Notes under the pieces: generated by a model | What the model was told of the DNA's origin: nothing | The model's database searches: none | Seen by the model: only the letters and a program-made list of their open reading frames with translations | Origin: Nitrospirota bacterium | GTDB lineage: Bacteria; Nitrospirota; Nitrospiria; Nitrospirales; Nitrospiraceae | DNA length: 24,171 bases | NCBI GenBank assembly: GCA_031409835.1 | Contig: JANNXZ010000309.1 | Location: 1 to 24,171 of the forward strand | Reading direction: 5' to 3' | Translations under genes and position numbers: made by a program | Shown here: positions 9,187 through 18,665 of the stretch, in pieces | Position numbering within the stretch: the stretch's first letter is position 1 | Layout: each line of letters starts with the position of its first letter

Positions 9187-9227
9187 GACACGGCCCTTGT
9201 GGCGCCAACGGCCACAGGGGCCGTGTC
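9187..9227 (+). terminator. Strong hairpin after clpC, candidate intrinsic terminator
   Basis: GACACGGCCCTTGTGGC-GCCAACG-GCCACAGGGGCCGTGTC: a 17-bp stem with one G.U pair, followed only by a pyrimidine-rich tail (ATTTCTCCTCTT), not a clean U run. Confidence 0.5.
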
Positions 9228-9296
9228 ATTTCTCCTCTTCTGAGTAACGCATTTATCGCTGCCCCAGTTCGTATGATCGGGAAGCATTGTATGGTG

Positions 9297-10355
9297 ATGA
9301 CGACCGTTGAACAGCCTACCGTAGCCTGGATACCGGGGCCCATCCTTGGTATCGAGACATCATGCGATGAAACGGCCGCGTCGGTGCTTGCCGCAGACGG
9401 CTCCGTCCTTTCGAATATTATTGCATCGCAGCATGCGGTTCATCGACGATTCGGAGGCGTCGTTCCCGAACTCGCTTCTCGTGCCCACATTGAATCGATT
9501 GAAGACGTTTCATCTGAGGCACTGCAACAAGCCGGTCTCGCATGGGTGGATCTCACGGGAATCGCCGTCACCCAAGGACCAGGCTTGGTGGGCGCTCTGC
9601 TCGTCGGAGTCAACTATGCAAAGTCACTGGCCTATGCCTTGAACATTCCGATGGTTGGTGTCAGTCATCTTGAGGGCCACATCGCCTCCGCTTGGCTGAA
9701 GGATCCAGCATTTCCGTTGCCCTGTGTGGTCCTGGTTGTTTCGGGTGGCCATACCCATCTTTACTATAAGGAGAGAGGCGGTCACTGCAAGCTCCTTGGA
9801 GCTACCAGAGACGATGCGGCAGGGGAGGCATTTGACAAAGGAGCTCAGCTGCTTGGGCTGGAGTATCCTGGGGGACCAGCCATTGATCGCTTGGCTAGAC
9901 AGGGAAACCCAGGGGCCATTGCATTTCCCCGTTCGTATCTACAAAAGGGGAGTCTTAACTTCAGTTTCAGTGGATTGAAAACGGCCTTGCTATACAGACT
10001 TCAAGCGATAGATGAGAAATCATGTGCGGCGCAAGCTGCTGACTTGGCGGCAGGTTATCAGGAGGCCATCGTGGACGTGCTGGTCAAAAAGTCCTTTGCC
10101 GCTGTTCGGTCATCCGGCGCTCGTGCGCTGGCCGTTGTCGGAGGGGTGTCCGCCAATTCTCGATTACGTGCGCTACTCCAGCAACGAGCAGCATCCGAGA
10201 ACCTGCAGCTCAGTCTTCCCCCGCTGGCGTACTGTACCGATAATGCCGCGATGATCGCCGCCGCAGGGAGGCAGGCGCTTCGCGCGGGGCTCCGGGCACC
10301 CCTAGCCATCGACGCACAAGCCTCAATGGTGTCATCGTTCGCACATACGCTCTAA
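9297..10355 (+). CDS. tsaD: tRNA N6-adenosine threonylcarbamoyltransferase
   Basis: Motifs LGIETSCDET, GGVVPELASR, HLEGH, VSGGHT, DDAAGEAFDK and CTDNAAMI. Start uncertain (9273, 9291 or 9297). Confidence 0.96.
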   Translation: MTTVEQPTVAWIPGPILGIETSCDETAASVLAADGSVLSNIIASQHAVHRRFGGVVPELASRAHIESIEDVSSEALQQAGLAWVDLTGIAVTQGPGLVGALLVGVNYAKSLAYALNIPMVGVSHLEGHIASAWLKDPAFPLPCVVLVVSGGHTHLYYKERGGHCKLLGATRDDAAGEAFDKGAQLLGLEYPGGPAIDRLARQGNPGAIAFPRSYLQKGSLNFSFSGLKTALLYRLQAIDEKSCAAQAADLAAGYQEAIVDVLVKKSFAAVRSSGARALAVVGGVSANSRLRALLQQRAASENLQLSLPPLAYCTDNAAMIAAAGRQALRAGLRAPLAIDAQASMVSSFAHTL

Positions 10356-10381
10356 CCGACGACGACAAGGAAACGACGCCC

Positions 10382-12070
10382 ATTCCAGAAATTCACGGAC
10401 AGGTTCTCGGTCTCCGCGCCGGCCAACTCGCCATGCTTGAGCGGCTCTATCGCCGGCGTATGCCTGTCGATGAAGTCCTGTCGGCTGAAGCGGCAAAAAC
10501 TCTCGCGCAGTTTACGCACGAAATTCGGCGCCCCATCGGCTTGGTCATTACCAGGCGCGGAGCTGTTCAAGACGTTTTGGTCGGCGCCGGCACCGAGCCA
10601 TCGCCGACGACTCTGTCCACATTTCGCGCAAGTCCGAGATCCCTGCGGGGCCTTCGCCTGCTACGCTCTCATCTCAAGGAACAGCCCCTGACTCAAGAGG
10701 ACCTCACCCTGCTGGGCCTGCTACGGCTCGACATGGTCGGAGTATTGGCTGTTACTTCCAAAGGTGAACCAGGCTTACTCTCCCTGGCCCATCTGAATCC
10801 ACCCAACACTCAGGGGCAGCTCTATACACTCCTAAAGCCCACGCTGGTACATCAATGTCCGGTGAGTTTCGAGACATTCGTTCGCGAATTGGAGGCTGAC
10901 CTTCAACGTCAGAGCGGGTCTCACACGACGGCTCAGGGACAGACCGCCATCCTCGTGAGCGCTTCGCCCAAGAGCAAGGCCGAGCAAGAAGAACGCCTCG
11001 CCGAATTGGGAGAACTGGCCTCCTCGGCGGATCTCACGGTGATCGACCGGTTAGTGCAGCGTACACAGGGCGGTGGCCGCCAGCGGTTTCAATTGGGAAG
11101 CGGAAAACTCAAGGACGTGCTGATGCAAGCCATGCAAAAAGGCGCGGACCTGCTTATCTTCGATCAAGATTTAACCCCTGCGCAGCTGCGCACGATTGAA
11201 GAGATCACCGACCTGACGGTCATTGATCGTACCCAGCTGATTCTCGACATCTTTGCGCAACGGGCGCACAGCCGAGAAGGCAAGGTGCAAGTCGAGTTGG
11301 CGCAACTCCGTTATTTGCTTCCTCGTCTCTCCGGTCAGGGGACGAGCTTATCGCGATTGGGAGGCGGCATCGGCAGCAGAGGTCCCGGCGAAACGAAGCT
11401 CGAAACGGACCGCCGTCGCATCAGAGAGCGCATCGACCATTTGGATCGGGAAATCGAGGGATTTGCCCGGCATCAAGACCAACGGCGATCGCGCCGCATC
11501 CGACAGGAATTCCCAGTTCTATCCATCGTGGGCTACACAAACGCCGGCAAGTCGACATTACTCAACGTGTTAACGAACAGCCAGGTGAGCACAGCCCCAC
11601 GTGTCTTTGAAACGCTCGATACCACGAGCCGCAGACTGCATTTCCCGCAGGGTCGTGAAGTCATCGTCACCGACACGGTGGGATTTATTCGCGACCTGCC
11701 CAAAGACCTCCTCGCAGCCTTCAGGACAACATTGGACGAAATGCGCGATGCCAATCTCCTCCTGCATGTGGTCGATGCAGGAGCAAAGGATATGGATGCG
11801 CATATCAAATCGGTCGACACGGTGCTTCAAAGTCTCGCGCTCGATCAGATTCCACGAGTTCTGGTATTCAACAAGTGTGACCAGCTCCCGACCGGACAAG
11901 CGGAAGCCCTCTGTCGACGCTACGGTGCGATTGGGATCTCGGCTCTGCACCCGGAGACCTTGCCGCCACTGATTCAGCACCTTGAAGAAAAGCTGGCCGC
12001 GCTTGTCCCGCCGGGCAGTTCTTCCAAGAAATCGGTAACCTCGGTGCCCACACTTGCATCTTGTCCGTAA
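10382..12070 (+). CDS. hflX: GTPase HflX, long form with an extra N-terminal domain
   Basis: G1 GYTNAGKST, G3 DTVGF, G4 NKCD and GPGETKLETDRR. The first ATG is 10433; a start at ATT 10382 is inferred (see findings). Confidence 0.93.
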   Translation: MPEIHGQVLGLRAGQLAMLERLYRRRMPVDEVLSAEAAKTLAQFTHEIRRPIGLVITRRGAVQDVLVGAGTEPSPTTLSTFRASPRSLRGLRLLRSHLKEQPLTQEDLTLLGLLRLDMVGVLAVTSKGEPGLLSLAHLNPPNTQGQLYTLLKPTLVHQCPVSFETFVRELEADLQRQSGSHTTAQGQTAILVSASPKSKAEQEERLAELGELASSADLTVIDRLVQRTQGGGRQRFQLGSGKLKDVLMQAMQKGADLLIFDQDLTPAQLRTIEEITDLTVIDRTQLILDIFAQRAHSREGKVQVELAQLRYLLPRLSGQGTSLSRLGGGIGSRGPGETKLETDRRRIRERIDHLDREIEGFARHQDQRRSRRIRQEFPVLSIVGYTNAGKSTLLNVLTNSQVSTAPRVFETLDTTSRRLHFPQGREVIVTDTVGFIRDLPKDLLAAFRTTLDEMRDANLLLHVVDAGAKDMDAHIKSVDTVLQSLALDQIPRVLVFNKCDQLPTGQAEALCRRYGAIGISALHPETLPPLIQHLEEKLAALVPPGSSSKKSVTSVPTLASCP

Positions 12071-12104
12071 CCCGCTGCACAATTGGCCCATTCTGGCACC
12101 ATCC

Positions 12105-12767
12105 ATGACAACGAAATCTCTGCCATTATCGGATTATCGAAAGCGTCTCCGAGAGATTGCAAAGACGCTCCAGCGCACCATGCCAAGCCCGAAGATGGAG
12201 CTCGACCATCGTTCGCCTTGGGAATTGCTCGTGGCCACGATCCTCTCCGCCCAATGTACCGACCAGCGAGTCAACCAGGTCACGCCATCGCTCTTTCGAC
12301 AGTATCGGAGACCAGCAGAGTTGGCTGCGGCGCATGCTCCTGAACTCGAACAGCTCATTCGTTCCACGGGTTTCTTTAAGAATAAGGCGAAACATCTCGT
12401 CGCCTGCGGCAAAGCTGTGACCGAGCGTTTCGGCGAACAGGTTCCGCGCACGATGGAAGAGTTGATCACGTTGCCGGGCGTTGGTAGGAAGACCGCAAAT
12501 GTTATTCTGGGGACTGCGTTCAGCCAGCCCAGTATCGTCGTCGATACCCATGTGAAGCGTGTGGCGAAGCGACTTGGATTGACCAGATCCGACAATCCAG
12601 ACTTGGTCGAACAAGACCTGCAACTGCTCCTGCCAAAATCCCAATGGACCGCTGTTTCGCAACGATTGCTACTGCATGGCCGTTATGTCTGCCTTGCCAG
12701 AAAACCCCAGTGCGCCACATGTCCGGTCTACCGGCACTGCCCATGGAAAGAGAAAGGTCTTCAATGA
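12105..12767 (+). CDS. nth: Endonuclease III
   Basis: HhH motif LPGVGRKTANV, VDTHV and C-x6-C-x2-C-x5-C [4Fe-4S] motif. ATG 12105 is preferred over the track start at 12054, which lies inside hflX. Confidence 0.96.
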   Translation: MTTKSLPLSDYRKRLREIAKTLQRTMPSPKMELDHRSPWELLVATILSAQCTDQRVNQVTPSLFRQYRRPAELAAAHAPELEQLIRSTGFFKNKAKHLVACGKAVTERFGEQVPRTMEELITLPGVGRKTANVILGTAFSQPSIVVDTHVKRVAKRLGLTRSDNPDLVEQDLQLLLPKSQWTAVSQRLLLHGRYVCLARKPQCATCPVYRHCPWKEKGLQ

Positions 12768-13642
12768 TTCGTAGCATGACTGGTTTTGGACGACGACAGG
12801 CGCCCTGGCAGGATGGATCCGTGACGGTGGAGATGCGCTCCGTCAACCATCGTTTTCTAGAAATTGCCTGCCGCCTGCCCAGGCCGTTAAGCCCTCTGGA
12901 AGACTCCTTCAAGAAAGCCATTCAGCAGCGTTGTACACGTGGGCGCATCGACATCACGGTGACGGTCCAGGCGGGCAAAGGCCGCGCCGAAAACGTCATT
13001 CTTGACCAATCCCTCGCGAAACAGTACCATCAGGCCCTCCGGACCCTCAAGAAATCCCTGAAGCTGAGCGGTTCCATCGATCTTGCGCTAATGGCTGGGC
13101 TCCGCGATGTGCTGTCGGTATCGGATCAACCGACGGAAGACCCGAAACTGGCGAAGATCGCTCAACAACTGACGGTCGAGGCACTGGCGGATCTTGAGGG
13201 CATGCGAACGCGCGAAGGGAAGGCCCTGGCAGAGGATATGAGCGCGCGGATTCAGACGATCCGAGGGCATAAGACCCTTGTCGCCGCACGGACTCCTCTA
13301 CTGGCTCAGGAAATCTTTGACAAAATGAAGGGTCGTGTGGAAAAACTATTGGGATCGGAAATCCCCGATCCCTCACGGCTGTATCAGGAGTTGGCGGTGT
13401 ACGCAGATCGTGGTGATATTACAGAAGAAATAGTCAGGTTGGACTCTCATATGATACAGTTTGAGCAGACGCTCAACCGTGCAGACTCTGTAGGCAAAAC
13501 ACTCGATTTTCTACTTCAGGAAATTGGGCGGGAAGTCAATACGATCGGCTCGAAAGCCAACGACGCGGAAATTGCCGGTCATGTGGTTCAAATGAAGGCC
13601 GAACTGGAACGCATTCGCGAACAGGTTCAGAACGTCGAATGA
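12764..13642 (+). CDS. yicC: YicC/YloC family endoribonuclease
   Basis: Begins MIRSMTGFG, with RSVNHRFL, DITEEIVRL and GREVNTIGSKA. ATGA overlap with the nth stop. Confidence 0.93.
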   Translation: MIRSMTGFGRRQAPWQDGSVTVEMRSVNHRFLEIACRLPRPLSPLEDSFKKAIQQRCTRGRIDITVTVQAGKGRAENVILDQSLAKQYHQALRTLKKSLKLSGSIDLALMAGLRDVLSVSDQPTEDPKLAKIAQQLTVEALADLEGMRTREGKALAEDMSARIQTIRGHKTLVAARTPLLAQEIFDKMKGRVEKLLGSEIPDPSRLYQELAVYADRGDITEEIVRLDSHMIQFEQTLNRADSVGKTLDFLLQEIGREVNTIGSKANDAEIAGHVVQMKAELERIREQVQNVE

Positions 13643-14349
13643 ATTTAGCCACCACGACCAGCTCCACGGCGCCGACGTCAGGCCCCCCACGGTCCTCGAC
13701 GGATCGGCGAGGAATTCTTTTCATTATCTCCGCGCCTTCAGGAACGGGGAAAACCACGCTCTGCAAGCAACTTACAACGAACCTCCCCGGACTGTGGCAT
13801 TCAATTTCCTATACTACAAGAAAGCCGCGGCCAGGCGAAACGCATGGGCACGATTATTTCTTCATTGGAGAAGAGACATTCCGGGAGATGATCACGCGAA
13901 ATGAATTTGTCGAGTGGGCGCATGTGTACGGACATCTCTACGGCACTCCGTGGAAATCCCTGACCGAAAAGATCGATCAGGGGATCGATGTGTTACTGGA
14001 GATCGATGTGCAAGGGGCGATGCAGGTCAAAAAACGATTTGAGGATTCGGTATCGATCTTTATCCTTCCTCCCTCGATGACGGTGCTCCGAGCCAGGCTC
14101 CAAACCAGGGCATCAGATACCGCGGAAGAGATTCAGCGGCGACTGCACAAAGTGAAAGAAGAGGTGTGGAGCTACCGGGAATACGCCTATATCGTCAGAA
14201 ACGAAGACCTGGGACGATCCCTTCGTGATCTGGAAAGCATCTTTTGGTCGGAACGCTTAAAGACAAAACGTTTGAATATGGCATGGCTCGAGAATAATTT
14301 CATTCTTGACGATGAACAGAAACCCGAAGATCGCAAAGATCTTCCCTAA
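13639..14349 (+). CDS. gmk: Guanylate kinase
   Basis: Motifs SAPSGTGKT, SYTTRKPRPGE, YG..YGT and LEIDVQGA. ATGA overlap with yicC. Confidence 0.96.
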   Translation: MNLATTTSSTAPTSGPPRSSTDRRGILFIISAPSGTGKTTLCKQLTTNLPGLWHSISYTTRKPRPGETHGHDYFFIGEETFREMITRNEFVEWAHVYGHLYGTPWKSLTEKIDQGIDVLLEIDVQGAMQVKKRFEDSVSIFILPPSMTVLRARLQTRASDTAEEIQRRLHKVKEEVWSYREYAYIVRNEDLGRSLRDLESIFWSERLKTKRLNMAWLENNFILDDEQKPEDRKDLP

Positions 14350-14369
14350 CCTAAAGGAGTACCGCGTCC

Positions 14370-14726
14370 ATGATCGACATGTTGAGACTCTTGCCCCAAT
14401 ACACAACAGGCGAATTTGACTCGCGCCACCGGCTGGCGATCATCACAGCCCAGCGAGCAAAGCATATTGTCCAGGGATCGCGCCATGCCACTTCACGCTT
14501 CACTAAAGAAGCGGCTATTGCTCTTGAGGAGGTCCTTCAGGGGAAAATCACATACCTCGTCGGCCAAGAAGCGCGGGATGCCATGAAGGAGGCGAAGCGC
14601 GGCAAGGAAGGCGAAATGGAACGCATCGCCTTGATGACCGGCGACGATGCGAAGGAGATCAAAAAAGAACTGAGCGTCTATGTCGACGATTCCCCGAAGC
14701 CGGTGGTGGCTAAGAGCGAGGAGTAA
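14370..14726 (+). CDS. rpoZ: RNA polymerase omega subunit with a C-terminal extension
   Basis: SRHRLAIITAQRAK...IALEEV omega pattern, in the canonical gmk-rpoZ-coaBC order. Confidence 0.85.
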   Translation: MIDMLRLLPQYTTGEFDSRHRLAIITAQRAKHIVQGSRHATSRFTKEAAIALEEVLQGKITYLVGQEARDAMKEAKRGKEGEMERIALMTGDDAKEIKKELSVYVDDSPKPVVAKSEE

Positions 14727-14738
14727 AAGGAGTCATCG

Positions 14739-16004
14739 GTGACGATCTCCGATTCCAGTGGGCCGACGTTGGTCGGGAAGCAGATCGTGCTTGGCGTGAC
14801 CGGCAGCATTGCGGCCTATAAGGCGGTTGCATTGCTCCGGACCTTGCTCCGCGAAGGAGCGGTGGTGCACGTCGTGATGACGCAATCGGCCACGAAATTT
14901 GTCACCCCGCTGACATTTGAAGTGCTCTCCGGCCATCCAGTCTCGACGGATGTGTTCGAGGCGCATCAGGAGATGAAACACTTGTCGTTGCCTGCACAGG
15001 CAGATGTCATTGTCATTGCGCCTGCCACGGCCAATTGTCTTGCAAAGGCCGCATTGGGGTTGGGCGACGATCTCCTCTCGACCATGCTTCTTTCAGCAGA
15101 GTGCCCGTTGATTGTGGCCCCTGCTATGGATGGAGGAATGTGGATGCATCCATCTGTCCGAGAACATGTAGGGACGCTGTGTGCGAGGGGAACGATCGTG
15201 GTGAAGCCAGAAGTAGGCCCACTCGCTTCCGGACAGGTCGGCCAAGGGCGCTTGGCCGGGGAAGGCGCAATTCTGGAGGCGATTCAGGCGGCGCTGGGAC
15301 CACAGCGCGATTGGCAAGGGCAGCGTATGCTCGTATCGGCGGGTCCGACACAAGAGCCGATCGATCCGGTACGTTTCATTTCCAATCGCTCCTCCGGCAA
15401 AATGGGCTATGCCATTGCCGAAGCCGCCCAGGCAAGGGGAGCCCAGGTGGTCCTCGTCACTGGGCCAACAGCGCTACCGGCTCCGAGAGGCGTCGAGATC
15501 GTTTCGGTAGCCACGGCTGAAGAAATGTTGAAGGCCTTGTTTGCGCGCCTTGCTTGGTCCACCACTGTTATTATGGCCGCCGCCGTGGCGGATTTTCGTC
15601 CCACGCACCCTGCCATGCAAAAAATAAAGAAACAAGGGCGAACCGCCCAGACGCTCGATCTCGAACGAACCACTGACATTCTGGCATCCTTATCCGCTCA
15701 ACGGACCACGCAACTGATGGTTGGCTTTGCTGCTGAGACCAACGATCTGATCGCCCATGCGAAAGACAAGCTGAAAGCGAAAGGGCTCGACCTCATTGTC
15801 GCCAACGATGTCACGATGGAAGGAGCGGGATTCGGCAGCGATCAGAACGCAGCCGTATTGATCGACCGGCAGGGGGGCATGACAGAATTGTCTTTGATGT
15901 CAAAACGAGCACTCGCCGATGCGATTTTGAATCGGGCTCACGCATTGCTACACACCAGACAATCAACCCAGGCCCCGAAGCCGGCTAATATGGGAAGAGG
16001 CTAG
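14739..16004 (+). CDS. coaBC: Bifunctional phosphopantothenoylcysteine decarboxylase/phosphopantothenate-cysteine ligase
   Basis: Motifs GVTGSIAAYK, APAM, GPTQEPIDPVRFISNRSSGKMG and GFAAET. GTG start with AGGAG RBS. Confidence 0.96.
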   Translation: MTISDSSGPTLVGKQIVLGVTGSIAAYKAVALLRTLLREGAVVHVVMTQSATKFVTPLTFEVLSGHPVSTDVFEAHQEMKHLSLPAQADVIVIAPATANCLAKAALGLGDDLLSTMLLSAECPLIVAPAMDGGMWMHPSVREHVGTLCARGTIVVKPEVGPLASGQVGQGRLAGEGAILEAIQAALGPQRDWQGQRMLVSAGPTQEPIDPVRFISNRSSGKMGYAIAEAAQARGAQVVLVTGPTALPAPRGVEIVSVATAEEMLKALFARLAWSTTVIMAAAVADFRPTHPAMQKIKKQGRTAQTLDLERTTDILASLSAQRTTQLMVGFAAETNDLIAHAKDKLKAKGLDLIVANDVTMEGAGFGSDQNAAVLIDRQGGMTELSLMSKRALADAILNRAHALLHTRQSTQAPKPANMGRG

Positions 16005-16010
16005 CAGCCG

Positions 16011-16847
16011 ATGGCTCAGGATCAGCACGCCGCCGAGAGCGCCTTGGAGATCGATCGACTGGCTACCCAGTTGGCCAAAGATCCACACTCGAAGGTCTTT
16101 ATGCCCTTGGCCGAAGAATATGGGAAAGTCGGTATGTGGCAGGAAGCCGCAGGTGTCCTTGAAGATGGCCTGAAACTGTATCCCGGCTTCATTACCGCCA
16201 TGGTCGCGCTCGGGCGTGCATACGACCAGATGGGTCAGTCCACGATGGCCAGGGCCATTCTGGAAGAATCCGTCAAGTTGAGCCCTGAAAACCTGCGCGC
16301 GCACCGAACCTTGATCAAGATTTACCAGAGCCAGGGGCTGAACGAGTCGGCACTGCAATCCTGTGCCGTTATCCTCACGGTCAACCCACGTGATGAAGAA
16401 GCGCGCTCAGTTCAGGCTGTTTTAGGCGGACCGCTGAAACACAGGAAGGAACCGGAGCGGCCAAAACTGGCGGCTCCAGTCATCGACGATCTTTCCGTCC
16501 AAACGGCAAATGCATTGTCCGATCCTGCCGAGCTCACAGTCTCTGCCGCAAAGACGAGTGCAGTGCCAGACCTAACTATCTCAACAGTGGATGAATCGAA
16601 GAGCGCGTCTGTCGAGCCTATGAGTGTGCAAACGTTTCTTATGGAAACCGGCCTCTCCCCACAGGATCGGATAGGGGAGCACCCTAGGGTCGCGGAGTCG
16701 GATTCCCACGCCGCTGACACTGTGGAGATGCCTCCTTCATCGCCTCATGCTGAAGTTGTCACACAGCTGGAATCATGGCTTCGCAGCATCGAATCACGTC
16801 GTCACGATCGTGACACAACGAACGAGCCACACTCCAAGGTTTCTTAA
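16011..16847 (+). CDS. Tetratricopeptide-repeat protein
   Basis: N-terminal helical TPR-like repeats (LAEEY..., ALGRAY..., HRTLIKIY), a low-complexity linker and a short C-terminal helix (LESWLRSIESRR). Confidence 0.8.
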   Translation: MAQDQHAAESALEIDRLATQLAKDPHSKVFMPLAEEYGKVGMWQEAAGVLEDGLKLYPGFITAMVALGRAYDQMGQSTMARAILEESVKLSPENLRAHRTLIKIYQSQGLNESALQSCAVILTVNPRDEEARSVQAVLGGPLKHRKEPERPKLAAPVIDDLSVQTANALSDPAELTVSAAKTSAVPDLTISTVDESKSASVEPMSVQTFLMETGLSPQDRIGEHPRVAESDSHAADTVEMPPSSPHAEVVTQLESWLRSIESRRHDRDTTNEPHSKVS

Positions 16848-16861
16848 TACTTTTCACAGGT

Positions 16862-16890
16862 TTGACCGGTCTGAGGCGGACTGCTACAAT
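16862..16890 (+). promoter_or_regulatory. Sigma70 promoter for aroQ-efp-accB-accC
   Basis: TTGACC-N17-TACAAT with a TG extended -10 element. Confidence 0.7.
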
Positions 16891-16953
16891 GCCGCCGTGC
16901 TGGACCCCGTCACGTTGAATCATTCTCGTGTACCCAGTATGTAGTGGGAAGAC

Positions 16954-17454
16954 ATGCTACGAATTCGAGTCTTACACGGTCCAAATCTCAATCTTCTCGG
17001 GAGCAGGGAACAGTCGATATACGGCACCCTGTCCCTCGACGCCATGAATTCAACCATCGTGAAGTTGGCGGAGGAGCTGGCCATGAAGGTGGACCTGCGC
17101 CAGTCGAATAGCGAGGGTGAACTCGTTACCTGGATTCAAGAGACTCGGACGGGATACGATGGGATCATCATTAACCCTGCCGCGTACACACACACCAGCG
17201 TCGCAATTCGGGATGCCATTGCGGCGGTCGGTCTGCCGACCGTTGAAGTGCATCTGTCCAATATTTATCAGCGGGAAGAATTTCGTCACCGGTCCTATGT
17301 CTCAGGAGTCGCAATCGGACAAATTTCAGGATTAGGCCCGACCGGCTATCTTCTTGCGCTTCGTGGGCTGCACGACTATCTGACCACATCCAGACGCCAG
17401 AAGAAGATTTCTGCACCGGCGCCATCGCGACGAGCGGCAAAAGGAACGCGATAA
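16954..17454 (+). CDS. aroQ: Type II 3-dehydroquinate dehydratase
   Basis: Motifs [26 protein letters not shown] and EVHLSN. Confidence 0.96.
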   Translation: MLRIRVLHGPNLNLLGSREQSIYGTLSLDAMNSTIVKLAEELAMKVDLRQSNSEGELVTWIQETRTGYDGIIINPAAYTHTSVAIRDAIAAVGLPTVEVHLSNIYQREEFRHRSYVSGVAIGQISGLGPTGYLLALRGLHDYLTTSRRQKKISAPAPSRRAAKGTR

Positions 17455-17502
17455 TTGCAGCGCCGGCCCAACGACCGGCTTACAGTTTGAAGGGAGTATC
17501 GA

Positions 17503-18063
17503 GTGATTTCCACAACCGATTTTCGCGGTGGTGTGCGCCTCATGGTGGACAACCAGCCTTTTTATATCGTTGAGTTTCAGCATGTAAAACCCGGCAAAGG
17601 CGGAGCCTTCGTACGCACCAAGCTCAAGAGCTATCTTTCCGGTAATGTGCTAGATCGCACCTTCCGATCCGGTGAACGGTTCGAGGAGCCTGATCTCGAA
17701 GAACGGACCATGCAATTCCTCTATGCAACCGACGACGCCTATACCTTTATGGACACGGAGACCTTTGAGCAACTGACGTTTGAAAAGGGCAAGCTCGGCG
17801 GAAATGCGGACCTCTTGAAAGAAGACATGACGGTGAAAATCCTCGTGTATGAGCATCGCCCCATCGACGTCGAGCTGCCCAACTTCATCGAACTGAAAGT
17901 CAGCGATACCGAGCCAGGTTATCGTGGCGACACCGCCACGGGCGGCACCAAGCTTGCGACCCTTGAAACAGGCGCCACCATCAAGGTTCCGCTCTATATG
18001 GAAACAGGGACCGTCATTAGGATCGATACCCGCACACGAGAATATGTGGAGCGAGTTCGGTGA
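17503..18063 (+). CDS. efp: Elongation factor P
   Basis: [14 protein letters not shown] loop and PG.RGDTA..GTK.ATLETG. GTG start with GGGAG RBS. Confidence 0.97.
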   Translation: MISTTDFRGGVRLMVDNQPFYIVEFQHVKPGKGGAFVRTKLKSYLSGNVLDRTFRSGERFEEPDLEERTMQFLYATDDAYTFMDTETFEQLTFEKGKLGGNADLLKEDMTVKILVYEHRPIDVELPNFIELKVSDTEPGYRGDTATGGTKLATLETGATIKVPLYMETGTVIRIDTRTREYVERVR

Positions 18064-18632
18064 GCAAGCGAACATCAAGTAAGCCAAAGAAGGGAGGGAG
18101 ACCGATTATCCTCCCACAAGCCTTTCCCGCAACCCAAAGCGGGCAGGGGACACCCTTACTGTCTGGACCACAGACCAAGCAGGTCCAAGAACTGATTGAT
18201 TTGCTCAAGAAGAACAACCTGACCGAAATGGAGTTGGAGTGGGAAGGCCTCAGAATTCGCGTGCGGCATGAAACCGGGCCGAGAACGATTACGGCTGCGG
18301 TTTCTGAGCAGGGGACGACTGTCTCAACCTCCATCGCGCAACTGCCTGCCGCAACAGGCACACAGACCGAAGATACGTCAGGCATGATCACCATCGCGTC
18401 CCCGATCGTCGGGACGTTCTACCGCTCCCCCTCGCCGGACGCCGACCCCTATGTTGAAGAAGGCGATTATGTAAAAAAGGGACAGGTCCTGTGCATTGTC
18501 GAAGCGATGAAGTTGATGAACGAAATCGAATCGGAGGTGGATGGTCGGGTCATGAAAATTCTGGCCGAAAGCACCAAGCCGGTAGAATATGGCCAAGCGC
18601 TCTTCCTCGTCGATCCGACAGCCACAGCTTAA
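18060..18632 (+). CDS. accB: Acetyl-CoA carboxylase biotin carboxyl carrier protein
   Basis: SPIVGTFY, biotin site EAMKLMN and [12 protein letters not shown] overlap with the efp stop. Confidence 0.95.
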   Translation: MSKRTSSKPKKGGRPIILPQAFPATQSGQGTPLLSGPQTKQVQELIDLLKKNNLTEMELEWEGLRIRVRHETGPRTITAAVSEQGTTVSTSIAQLPAATGTQTEDTSGMITIASPIVGTFYRSPSPDADPYVEEGDYVKKGQVLCIVEAMKLMNEIESEVDGRVMKILAESTKPVEYGQALFLVDPTATA

Positions 18633-18665
18633 TCCTCTTCCCTAGACCCACATCGGAGCATTTGC

